Part shown: piece after piece, positions 1 to 7,821 of the stretch
Layout: each line of letters starts with the position of its first letter
Numbering within the stretch: the first letter of the stretch is position 1
Source of the DNA: Telmatocola sphagniphila
GTDB lineage: Bacteria; Planctomycetota; Planctomycetia; Gemmatales; Gemmataceae
Reading direction: 5' to 3'
Assembly: GCF_018398935.1 (NCBI RefSeq)
Contig: NZ_CP074694.1
Coordinates: 6,090,001-6,122,000, forward strand
DNA: 32,000 nt
Position numbers and translations under genes: made by a program
Notes under the pieces: generated by a model
Databases searched by the model: none
What the model saw: the letters and a program-made list of their open reading frames with translations, nothing else
What the model was told of the DNA's origin: nothing

Positions 1-881
1 TTTGGAATGCCCCATTTATCGAACCACTTGCGAGCCATGCTCTGAGATTCCCGGTCGCCATCGCCATAGATGAAGGCCATGCTGACCTTATCCTTGATGA
101 TTTCACGAGCGACGTTATCCGCCTGGATGGCGTTATTGACGACGGTGAGGGTGCCCCCGGGTCCGTTACGATAGGAGAGCCAGACACCGGCAACGAGATC
201 CTTGCTACCATAGTGGTTGTAAGGTGCGATATCGAAGGTGTTCTTGGGGTAAATGGCGATGCGTTTAAATTCCGTTCCCATCCAGGCCATGCCCAGTCCG
301 CAGGAATCGCGATCGCCGATCACGCTGATGCGTCCCGAGTTGCACTCGCCCGCATCGTTCCGGTTATCGATGAATTTGCGAGCCGCGGCAATGTCATTCA
401 CCAGATAGGGATAAATGGCGGAATTGAATTTGGTCGCATCAATCGATTTCAATCCCAGAGGATTGGTCATCTGTGAGACGCCGGCCAGTTTGTTCCAGGG
501 GAAGGAGTAGACATCGACGTAGCGTTTGGGTTCTTCGAAAGTCTTGATGCTCTTGCTTTTGCCATGGCCCCGGAAATCGAAGGCTAATACGGAAAATCCT
601 TCGGCCTGCAGCGCTTCCGCCAGGGTGTTCCATTCCCCCTTGGCAACTTCCCCTTTGAAGTTGGGAAGCAGCATCACCGCATCCGAGTTCTTGCCCTTAT
701 TGCCTCGATACCAGTTCCCGAAAAGTCGGAGCCCATCCACGGTCAGGAACGAGACATCCTCGTATTTGGGTTTGGAGTTGGTGCCGTCTTTCGTTTGCGC
801 TTGAAGAACTTGCGAATCCAAACAAGTAAACATGCCCAAAAACAGGGCCAACAGGACTGGTTTTTTGAAACCGAATCGCAT
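1..881 (-). CDS. Exported alpha/beta-hydrolase-fold protein, N-terminal 293 codons (gene continues past the window start)
   Basis: Absent from the ORF track because it runs off the edge. Hand translation of the reverse strand from the ATG (complement of 879-881) to position 1 is stop-free. It begins MRFGFKKPVLLALFLGMFTCLDSQVLQAQTKDG (signal-peptide-like) and continues ...AVMLLPNFKGEVAKGEW...GFSVLAFDFRGHGKSKS..., which is alpha/beta-hydrolase-like. GGAG lies 9 nt upstream of the ATG. The nucleophile elbow is not canonical (IGDRDSCGLG), so the enzymatic class is uncertain. Confidence 0.6.
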   Translation of the reverse strand, partial: MRFGFKKPVLLALFLGMFTCLDSQVLQAQTKDGTNSKPKYEDVSFLTVDGLRLFGNWYRGNKGKNSDAVMLLPNFKGEVAKGEWNTLAEALQAEGFSVLAFDFRGHGKSKSIKTFEEPKRYVDVYSFPWNKLAGVSQMTNPLGLKSIDATKFNSAIYPYLVNDIAAARKFIDNRNDAGECNSGRISVIGDRDSCGLGMAWMGTEFKRIAIYPKNTFDIAPYNHYGSKDLVAGVWLSYRNGPGGTLTVVNNAIQADNVAREIIKDKVSMAFIYGDGDRESQSMARKWFDKWGIP

Positions 882-1275
882 GGAGAGAACTCCGGCGGTG
901 TGGCAGGAAACAGATATTGTTATTTCTATTCTAACCAACCATTGCGGATTTGAGATCGTTTGTCTGAAGAATATCTTGGAAGTTTCTGGCAGAAGTGTGA
1001 AATTGAAGGGCGCGGACAAAGCGTTGGAAACCTATAGCGGATCGCATCGAAATTGTCAGTTATTTCGCTTTTAAATTCTCAATTGTTGGAAATTGCGCTT
1101 GACAGGTCTTTACAAACAGGCGAGAACATATCTAGATAAAAAAACAGCTACCCGAACCGTTGTACCACCTCTCCCATGGCCAGTCAGTCCGGATAGCAAG
1201 TTTTTTCAAGTTGAAATACTTATTGCACCTGGTGTGCCAAACTAATATTTCAACACCCCAAATCCACCTCTCCAT

Positions 1276-1320
1276 AGCCGTAAGTAGTGGCACTAAAACT
1301 ACTTACGGCTTAATTTTTTT
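1276..1320 (+). terminator. Rho-independent terminator with no annotated gene upstream (orphan)
   Basis: Perfect 13-bp stem: agccgtaagtagt (1276-1288) pairs with actacttacggct (1298-1310). The loop is 9 nt and is followed by TAATTTTTTT (1311-1320). The U-tract exists only in the + orientation. Confidence 0.6.
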
Positions 1321-1633
1321 CTTCCTAAGCCGCTTAAGATTCTTTCTTCTTCATCAAATTCTGACTTACTACTGCCTACGGACTGGGCAAGAGCTGCCCT
1401 GCAAAGCATCATTTGTGAGCGAGCCATGAGAGGCGCACCAGTCTCGTCCTCCTCCTTTAGAATATTCCCCACAATTAACAATCTCAGTCGATTTCCTGGT
1501 CTGAAGAGCGAAGTGAACGCCGCCGACTAGAGCCGGTTAGGGCCGTTACAATAGGAACGTACCAACCAGCAGGCCCGACAGAGTTTACCGGACCGCTAAA
1601 TACGACAGATTTCGTTGAGTTAGGTCATACAAT

Positions 1634-1663
1634 TTGTCATAATTGCCTTTTGCGGAATATTTT
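1634..1663 (+). promoter_or_regulatory. Candidate sigma70-type promoter for the ParA-WD40 gene
   Basis: TTGTCA (1634-1639), an 18-nt spacer, then TATTTT (1658-1663), about 50 nt upstream of the GTG start at 1712. Motif match by eye only. Confidence 0.25.
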
Positions 1664-1711
1664 TTTGAAACTGCACGAGATTCGGTGTTCCTCGGATAAA
1701 CAGAGTACGCT

Positions 1712-4700
1712 GTGCGGAAATTGTTGATTGCGAGCCAAAAGGGGGGTGTCGGCAAGACAACCGCGGCCATTAATTTGGGTGCCGCAACCGCCCTCTCTGG
1801 TGGGAAAGTACTGCTCGTCGATGCTGATCCATTGGCTTCGATTCAACATGCGCTAGCGCTGAGTCCGCATGATAGGGCCGAACGTTTGCATTCCATCGGA
1901 GCCGAAAGCGAGGCCCCGATCTGGCGGAACATCGTTCCCGGTCTGGATGTCAGCACTCCTTATGGAGATCCAAATTCTCCTTACCATACTCTCTTCGAAT
2001 ATCTCAAGCTTTTGCGAACTCCCCCCTTTCAGGGGTACGATTGGATTCTCATCGATATCACCCCCACAATTGGCTCGGTTCAACTCCGCCAATTGATCGA
2101 AAATGTCGATGATCTGATGCTGGTGATTCGCGCGGAACCGATGGCGTTCCGGGCCGTTCCCACCTTTTTGACCATCGTTCGGGCGGTGCAGGATACCGGC
2201 GTGGACGTGAATGTCTGCGGCATTGTACTCACTTTGCCGCCGGGTGAACCGCTGGGCGGCTCCTGGGAAACGGAACTTCGTCGCTGCTTCAACCGCTCTC
2301 TCCTGCCCCATGCCATTCCGTTCGATCCCGAAGTGGGCCGAGCCAGTGTGCTGGGCAAGCCAGTGCTGGTGGTGAATCCGCAAACTCCTGCCTCGACGCA
2401 ATATGCGGCTCTGGCACAGACCCTCGGTTTGATCGCTTCCGAACAGGATGTGGTCGATCTTTTCTCCCATATACCTGTAACCGGGATCGGTTTGAGTCAG
2501 GTTTCCAGGATCAAACCGGTCATTGCCGCCCCCAGCCAGATCACGAGTGCGGAAGTGCGGGCTTTGCTGGGAGCGCCCGTCGATCAGATTTATCAATCTC
2601 TATCTGGTACAATGGATCGCCCGGCCGGCAAGATGCCCGTGTACGATGACCACCTCCCGAAGGGCTCTTCTCTCGAAGGCCTGCAGGACACTGCCCGCTT
2701 ACCGAAAATTGAAATGCATATTCCCGCCGGAGCGACTTCTGAGACCGTGCAGAGGAAGGATATTACTGTGAAGAATTCTGATACCAACGGGGTGACCGAG
2801 AAAAATCCCGGTAGTCGGGGGCATATCGGCGATGTGACGTTCATTGCCTTTTCTCCCGATGGTCGATCGCTGGCAACCGCCAGCTGGGATAAGACTGTCA
2901 AACTTTGGGATGTCGCCAGCGGCGCAGAACTCCAGACACTGCGCGGCCACACCGGCGTGGTGAGTTCTGTCGCATTCTCGCACAGTGGGGAATTGATCGC
3001 TTCCGCCAGTTGGGATAAGACCGTCCGGCTCTGGAACATCAAAACCGGCCAGCAGGTTTCACTGTGCAAAGGGCACTCCGGCGTCGTTACCTCAGTCGTG
3101 TTTGCCAGCCAGGATGAAATGATCGCCAGCGGCGGCTGGGACAAGAGCGTTCGGCTCTGGCAATTGAACGGTCAAGCCGTAGCCGTGCTGCAGGGACACC
3201 AGCGGATGGTGACTTGCGTCGCCGTCAGTTCCGATAACCAGCTGACGGCCTCCGGCAGCTGGGACAAAACTTTGCGACTGTGGCCGCGCGTCGGCGGTAC
3301 ACCGGTTGTCTTGAAAGGACATACCGGTGACGTGACCTGTGTGGCCTTCTCGCCCGATGCTCAATGGATCGCCTCGGGAAGTCTCGATCATACAGTTCGC
3401 CTCTGGGATCTCGATCGCAATAAAGAGCTGTATGTGCTACGCGGCCATACCGGGGAAGTGACCGCAATTTCCTTCTCGCCGGATGGAAAATACCTCGCCT
3501 CGACCAGTTGGGATCGCACGATTCGCATCTGGGATGTGGCCAGCGGATCACTGCGCTACACGATGCAGGGTCACGAAGGCGTCATCACCGGGGTGGCATT
3601 TGCTCCGGACGGAAATCGACTCGCCTCGTGCAGCCTGGACCGCACGGCACGAATCTGGGATGTCACGCAAGGCAAGATGCTCTCCTCTCTAGCCATACAA
3701 ACCAGCAATGAAGCCAAGTCGACCCAAGCCACGAATGTGCCTCGGGAAACACCGGCCCCCATACCTTCGATTCTTACGGACACCAAAGGCGTAATCGATC
3801 TTCCTCCCATCGAGCAGCCGCCGCTGCCAGCTAAGCCGACTGCCCCGACGCCTCCACCCAGTAAAATTTCGAAGTTGACGCCCCCGGGCCTTCCGAGGCC
3901 GAATGGTCGTCCTGCACCGGTGCCCCTGTCGGAACAGCCCAAGCCGGATGAAATTGTAGAGACCTGGGCCGCCCCTCCGTCGACTCCTCTCCTGTCCGAT
4001 ATCATGGGGCCGAGCGTGCTGAAATCTTCGATTCAGCCTCCGAAGATCGAAATTCCCAAGCCGCCGCCGCTACCCGATTTCTTCCCCGAGAAGAAACCAG
4101 TACTGCAGCAACCGGCCACGGTGGTCGAGCCGAGAACGAGTTCGTTACCCGCTCTGCCGCCTTTGCCCACACCAATTAAAACCGTTCGGCCGACTGCGAA
4201 AGCGGTGGCTTATAACGCGGTGGCCATCACTCTCGACGATCACACGGCCTTGGCCGCCCGTGACGATGGCAGGATCGATATTTGGAATCCGACTACCGGG
4301 GCTCGTCTGGGGAGTCTGGTCGGCCATGTCGGTTCGGTGCACGCCATCACCTGTCTGATTGATCTAAAGCACGCGGTCAGCGCGGGCGAAGATGGCACGG
4401 TTCGAATCTGGAATCTCCGATCTTTTAAAGAAGACGCCTTGCTGCAAGCGCATACTGCCGCTGTGCTGGCGTTGGCAGTGTCGCCGACGGAGAATCGCCT
4501 GGCCTCGGCCAGTAGTGACAAAACGGTGGTGATTTGGGATTTGACCACCCGGGAAAATCTGCTGAAAATCGACAATCCGCAGAGTGCGGTGACGGCACTG
4601 GCCTATTCGCCGGATGGTCGACAACTGGCTTTCGCCGGTTTGGATGGCGTGTTGACTCTGGCCGACAGCGCAAGCGGTAAAATTCTCCGGCAATGGAACG

Positions 4701-6634
4701 CCCATGATCGGGAAATTCATGCCTTGGCCTTTTCCATCGATGGACAATCGCTCGCCAGTGGGGCAGAAGATGGCATTGTCAAAATCTGGGATGCGGTCAC
4801 CGGGGAGGAATGGTTCGCCTTAACCGGCCACGATCGACCGATTTCCGCGATCCAATTTTCCAGCGAAGGGTCGATGATCGCTACGGGTGGCTGGGATGGC
4901 CGGATTATTCTCTGGAATTCCCTCATCGGCCATCAGATTCGGGTGCTCGGCCGACATCGCGCCGAAGTGACCGGTTTGACTTTTCACAACGGCGGCAAGC
5001 AACTTCTCAGTTCCAGCTGGGATCGAACGATTCGTAACTGGGATCCGCTCAACGGCGGCCAGATTCTGGAAATTTCCGATGAAAAAATATCGACATTCAA
5101 GCTCGATTTGCCACCCGTGCCCGAATTCAAGCTACCGCCTTTGCCGAAAACAATCGAACAGGAGACGCCCGATTTCAATTCGACCGACAAAGACAATCAG
5201 CCGACGGACGTCCTACCAATCGCTGGCGTCTTAGCGCCCTCGCCTGAGGAACCCTTGGAAGCCACCGAACCGATGGAAGCTCCGGTTGCAGAAATTGTGC
5301 CGGAAGCCATAGCGGAACACGTACCCGCCCCCGTTGCCAAGGAGGTGACCTCGACGGCCGTTGCGGAACTGATTGGTGAATCGGCCCCTCTGGCCGATCG
5401 CGTCAACGATAGCGATCCCTCGATGGCCATCCCGGCCTTGCCGCTCCCGGAGGCTCGATTGATCGCCGATGAGTTCTCCGCTTCCAAAGTCCATTCGATC
5501 AAGCGAATTCGTCCCCTGGAAATTCCCAAGGCTCCGGCCACTCAGGAAGCCATTGAATTGATGAAGGAAATTCCAGCGCAAAGGTCCGCCGATGCCGAGG
5601 AAATTCCGCTGTCCCAATTGCCGGACGATTCGATACTGAAGATGGGCGAACCGGTCGATGAAGAGGGAGTCGAACTGCACGCGCTGCCGCCCGCCGCACC
5701 GTCGAAAACCTTGGTGAAGGTCGAAAAACAATTGCTGGCGAGCGCCGGAGCCGATAATGCGACCACTCTCTGGGATTTGGCCGATGGCTCGACGCACGCC
5801 ACTTTGAATGGCCATACTCGAGACGTGATGGCGGTCGCCTTTTCCTCCGATGCCCGCTGGTTGCTGACCGGTTCCGCGGATGAATCGATGCGGCTGTGGG
5901 ATGTGGCCACCAGTTCTCTGCGCTACACTTTCGAAGGGCATTTCGGCGAAATCAATGCGGTGGCTTTCAGCCGCGATGGCCGAACGCTGGCCTCTGGCAG
6001 TTGGGACATGAGCATCCGGCTCTGGGATCTTCCTACCGGCTCCTGCATAGGAAGTCTTCTCAATCACCGGGGGGCGATCTCCTGTGTGATCTTCAGCCCG
6101 GATGGTAAGTGCCTGGCTTCCGGCAGTTGGGACAAAACCGTCAAGATTTGGGATTTGCTGGCCGGTCGGGAATTGTACACTCTGCGCGGGCACGAAAAAG
6201 TCGTCACTTGCGTCTCCTTCAGTCGGGATGGCCGTTTCCTCGCGACCGGCAGTTGGGATAACACGGTGCGAATCTGGGATCTGGAAGGGGGCGGAGCCGA
6301 GTTCGCGTGTCTGAAAGGTCACACTTCAACCGTCAGTGGAGTGGTGTTTCTGCCGGACGGTCGCCGGGCGGTATCTTCCAGTTGGGACAAGAATGTTATC
6401 CTCTGGAATATCGAGGATGGTACGATTATTAAGACCATGACCGGGCACGAAGATTCGATCCGTTCGCTTTCAATGTCGAGCGATGGAACGACCCTGGCCA
6501 CCGCGGCTTGGGACGGCTCCATTGGGCTTTGGGATCTTTCTCGCGGGGAAGAACGGCTATTCCTCACGGCCCCAGGTCGCAAGGTGCATGCGGTTGCTTT
6601 CGCACCGTGTGTGATCGAGACGATACAGAGTTGA
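1712..6634 (+). CDS. ParA/MinD-family P-loop ATPase fused to three 7-bladed WD40 beta-propellers (1,640 aa)
   Basis: GTG start. An in-frame TAA at 1697-1699 excludes a longer N-terminus. The N-terminal ~245 aa carry the deviant Walker A SQKGGVGKTT, then VLLVDADP and WILIDITP (ParA/Soj/MinD signature). There are 21 WD40 units (GH...[LI]W[DN]) in three blocks of seven, separated by Pro-rich/acidic linkers. The ORF is a continuous 4,923 nt. Confidence 0.9.
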   Translation: MRKLLIASQKGGVGKTTAAINLGAATALSGGKVLLVDADPLASIQHALALSPHDRAERLHSIGAESEAPIWRNIVPGLDVSTPYGDPNSPYHTLFEYLKLLRTPPFQGYDWILIDITPTIGSVQLRQLIENVDDLMLVIRAEPMAFRAVPTFLTIVRAVQDTGVDVNVCGIVLTLPPGEPLGGSWETELRRCFNRSLLPHAIPFDPEVGRASVLGKPVLVVNPQTPASTQYAALAQTLGLIASEQDVVDLFSHIPVTGIGLSQVSRIKPVIAAPSQITSAEVRALLGAPVDQIYQSLSGTMDRPAGKMPVYDDHLPKGSSLEGLQDTARLPKIEMHIPAGATSETVQRKDITVKNSDTNGVTEKNPGSRGHIGDVTFIAFSPDGRSLATASWDKTVKLWDVASGAELQTLRGHTGVVSSVAFSHSGELIASASWDKTVRLWNIKTGQQVSLCKGHSGVVTSVVFASQDEMIASGGWDKSVRLWQLNGQAVAVLQGHQRMVTCVAVSSDNQLTASGSWDKTLRLWPRVGGTPVVLKGHTGDVTCVAFSPDAQWIASGSLDHTVRLWDLDRNKELYVLRGHTGEVTAISFSPDGKYLASTSWDRTIRIWDVASGSLRYTMQGHEGVITGVAFAPDGNRLASCSLDRTARIWDVTQGKMLSSLAIQTSNEAKSTQATNVPRETPAPIPSILTDTKGVIDLPPIEQPPLPAKPTAPTPPPSKISKLTPPGLPRPNGRPAPVPLSEQPKPDEIVETWAAPPSTPLLSDIMGPSVLKSSIQPPKIEIPKPPPLPDFFPEKKPVLQQPATVVEPRTSSLPALPPLPTPIKTVRPTAKAVAYNAVAITLDDHTALAARDDGRIDIWNPTTGARLGSLVGHVGSVHAITCLIDLKHAVSAGEDGTVRIWNLRSFKEDALLQAHTAAVLALAVSPTENRLASASSDKTVVIWDLTTRENLLKIDNPQSAVTALAYSPDGRQLAFAGLDGVLTLADSASGKILRQWNAHDREIHALAFSIDGQSLASGAEDGIVKIWDAVTGEEWFALTGHDRPISAIQFSSEGSMIATGGWDGRIILWNSLIGHQIRVLGRHRAEVTGLTFHNGGKQLLSSSWDRTIRNWDPLNGGQILEISDEKISTFKLDLPPVPEFKLPPLPKTIEQETPDFNSTDKDNQPTDVLPIAGVLAPSPEEPLEATEPMEAPVAEIVPEAIAEHVPAPVAKEVTSTAVAELIGESAPLADRVNDSDPSMAIPALPLPEARLIADEFSASKVHSIKRIRPLEIPKAPATQEAIELMKEIPAQRSADAEEIPLSQLPDDSILKMGEPVDEEGVELHALPPAAPSKTLVKVEKQLLASAGADNATTLWDLADGSTHATLNGHTRDVMAVAFSSDARWLLTGSADESMRLWDVATSSLRYTFEGHFGEINAVAFSRDGRTLASGSWDMSIRLWDLPTGSCIGSLLNHRGAISCVIFSPDGKCLASGSWDKTVKIWDLLAGRELYTLRGHEKVVTCVSFSRDGRFLATGSWDNTVRIWDLEGGGAEFACLKGHTSTVSGVVFLPDGRRAVSSSWDKNVILWNIEDGTIIKTMTGHEDSIRSLSMSSDGTTLATAAWDGSIGLWDLSRGEERLFLTAPGRKVHAVAFAPCVIETIQS
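2819..3664 (+). repeat. WD40 propeller 1 (7 blades, intragenic protein repeats)
   Basis: Seven consecutive units: GHIGDV..LWDV, GHTGVV..LWNI, GHSGVV..LWQL, GHQRMV..LWP, GHTGDV..LWDL, GHTGEV..IWDV, GHEGVI..IWDV. Confidence 0.85.
4202..5047 (+). repeat. WD40 propeller 2 (7 more divergent blades)
   Basis: Unit endings are IWNP, IWNL, IWDL, (LADS), IWDA, LWNS and NWDP. Unit openers include GHVGSV, AHTAAV, AHDREI, GHDRPI and RHRAEV. Confidence 0.75.
5732..6631 (+). repeat. WD40 propeller 3 (7 blades plus closing strand)
   Basis: Units: ..TTLWDL, GHTRDV..LWDV, GHFGEI..LWDL, NHRGAI..IWDL, GHEKVV..IWDL, GHTSTV..LWNI, GHEDSI..LWDL. A terminal KVHAVAFAP strand follows. Confidence 0.85.
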
Positions 6635-6704
6635 GCGAGTCAGAATCGACTGCGAACCAAAGATTGATATTGATGGTTATGAAATAGATTTTCGAGAGAA
6701 GTTC

Positions 6705-6728
6705 GAAGCGGAAGGACTCTTCCGCTTC
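6705..6728. terminator. Hairpin between convergent genes (possible bidirectional terminator)
   Basis: 10-bp perfect stem: gaagcggaag (6705-6714) pairs with cttccgcttc (6719-6728), loop gact. It lies between the stop of the + gene (6634) and the stop of the - gene (6750). There is no clear U-tract on either side, hence the low confidence. Confidence 0.35.
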
Positions 6729-6749
6729 TGAAAGTGCTTGGAGCTTAAA

Positions 6750-7034
6750 CTAGTTCCCTGCTACTTCCTTTGGCATTACCGGTATCACTTCGATGGAATT
6801 TTTGTCCCCGGCCGCCAGCGCACTGGCTTTGCTCGGAGGGGCACAGCAGGCCGGAATTGCTTCGCTGTCGCAGCAGGAAATCGAGATCGCTTGCGTTTCG
6901 GTACAAGCCGCCGGAGCCGTCTTTTTGCAGCAACTCGGGCCGAGATCCGATTCGCATATCATCGATTCATAGATGAAATAGCCGGTCACCAGCAAGCCAA
7001 GACCCGTCGCACCACCCAGAATGATTTTGAACAT
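6750..7034 (-). CDS. Small membrane-anchored cysteine-rich protein (94 aa), function unknown
   Basis: ATG at 7034 with AGAGG about 8 nt upstream. The N-terminal hydrophobic helix is FKIILGGATGLGLLVTGYFIY. The soluble tail has 8 Cys, including three CC doublets (SCCKKTAPAAC...SCCDSEAIPACC). Codon usage resembles the neighbouring genes. It lies last in the mutase/methyltransferase gene string. Confidence 0.55.
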   Translation of the reverse strand: MFKIILGGATGLGLLVTGYFIYESMICESDLGPSCCKKTAPAACTETQAISISCCDSEAIPACCAPPSKASALAAGDKNSIEVIPVMPKEVAGN

Positions 7035-7126
7035 CGTACTACCTCTGAAGTTACCAACTCTGCCTTATTGTTGTCCGAATATTGGTGGAAGTCAATCGCG
7101 ATCAATTTTTTCAAAGAAATAGCAAC

Positions 7127-7795
7127 TCAATCATTTACAAAAATGAGAGCGAACCCGTCATACCCTTTTTCGCCTACGGTTTGCATCGCGGTGGCGCTCA
7201 CCCGTTTTTCCTGTCGGATCAATTCATTCAATGCACGCACCCCTTGCACGCTGGGATCGGAGCTGACCGGATCGATCACTTCGCCGGCCCGGACCACATT
7301 ATCGACAATAATGAGAGTGCCGGGGTGAGAAAGCTTCAGAGCCCACTTAAAGTAAGCGGGGTTGCTCGGTTTATCGGCATCGATGAAAATCAGATCGAAC
7401 GGAGTCGGATCTTCCTCATAGATTTCGGCCAGCGATGTTTCCGCTATCCCCTCACGCAGCTCGATGCGATCCGAGAACCCGACGAGTTGAAAATTCTCGC
7501 GAGCCACGGCGGCGTGGTGCGGATCCGCTTCGAGAGTAATCAGTTTTCCGTATTCGGGAAGTGCGCGGGCCATCCAGACGGCGCTGTAGCCACCCAGGGT
7601 GCCGATTTCCAGAACCCGGCGGGCATTAAGCATGCGTAGGAACAGATTCAGCATCTTACCTTGGTTCGGTGTGACGCTGATGGGAGGGAGGCCGGCGTTG
7701 GCGCTGCGGGCCAGCACCTCTTCCATCTGGGAATCTTTACCAAGGAGTGTGTCGCATAAGTAGCGATCGACGGACGTCCAGACTTCCGAGGTCAT
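7127..7795 (-). CDS. Class I SAM-dependent O-methyltransferase (family 3, caffeoyl-CoA OMT / YrrM-like)
   Basis: 222 aa. Motif I is RVLEIGTLGGYSAVWMA, followed by LITLEADP and FDLIFIDADK, as is typical of family-3 OMTs. AGGAG lies 9 nt upstream of the ATG at 7795. Confidence 0.8.
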   Translation of the reverse strand: MTSEVWTSVDRYLCDTLLGKDSQMEEVLARSANAGLPPISVTPNQGKMLNLFLRMLNARRVLEIGTLGGYSAVWMARALPEYGKLITLEADPHHAAVARENFQLVGFSDRIELREGIAETSLAEIYEEDPTPFDLIFIDADKPSNPAYFKWALKLSHPGTLIIVDNVVRAGEVIDPVSSDPSVQGVRALNELIRQEKRVSATAMQTVGEKGYDGFALIFVND

Positions 7796-7821
7796 TTGCG
7801 GTACTCCTGCCTGAAGATTAT

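Noticed and set aside
1099-1104. Perfect TTGACA hexamer as a promoter for the candidate sRNA.
   Set aside because: There is no acceptable -10 element at 16-19 nt spacing (GAGAAC/AGAACA). It is kept only as a remark inside the finding.
1299-1481. 60-aa (or internal 42-aa) - strand micro-ORF whose stop lies in the orphan hairpin, preceded by AAGGAGGAGGA.
   Set aside because: The SD-like run is about 20 nt from the internal ATG, which is too far. The peptide has no features, and there is no - strand U-tract after the hairpin. It cannot be supported without conservation or expression data.
1100-1560. Possible CsrB/RsmZ-like GGA-rich sponge RNA on the - strand of the AT-rich gap (AAGGAGGAGGA at ~1447-1457, AUGGAGAGGUGGA, etc.), considered because csrA is in the window.
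   Set aside because: By eye there are only about nine GGA triplets in ~450 nt, close to chance expectation. Few sit in obvious hairpin loops, and the only terminator in the region works on the opposite (+) strand.
1853-2596. 247-aa reverse-strand ORF, and many shorter ones, inside the ParA-WD40 gene. The largest is the 363-aa ORF at 5231-6322(-).
   Set aside because: These are antisense shadow ORFs of a strongly supported gene. Their products are Arg/Gly/Pro-rich low-complexity strings with no motifs, and they have no SD or independent context. This is typical of moderately GC-rich DNA.
1712-6634. Interpretation of the giant WD40 protein as a eukaryote-like membrane-coat protein of the kind discussed for the PVC superphylum.
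   Set aside because: Those proteins combine a beta-propeller with an alpha-solenoid. Here there is no alpha-solenoid region, only Pro-rich linkers, and the N-terminus is a ParA-type ATPase.
6738-7328. 196-aa + strand ORF spanning the Cys-rich gene, the intergenic gap and part of the O-methyltransferase gene.
   Set aside because: It overlaps two better-supported - strand genes and crosses their intergenic region. It shows no recognisable motif or ribosome-binding site.
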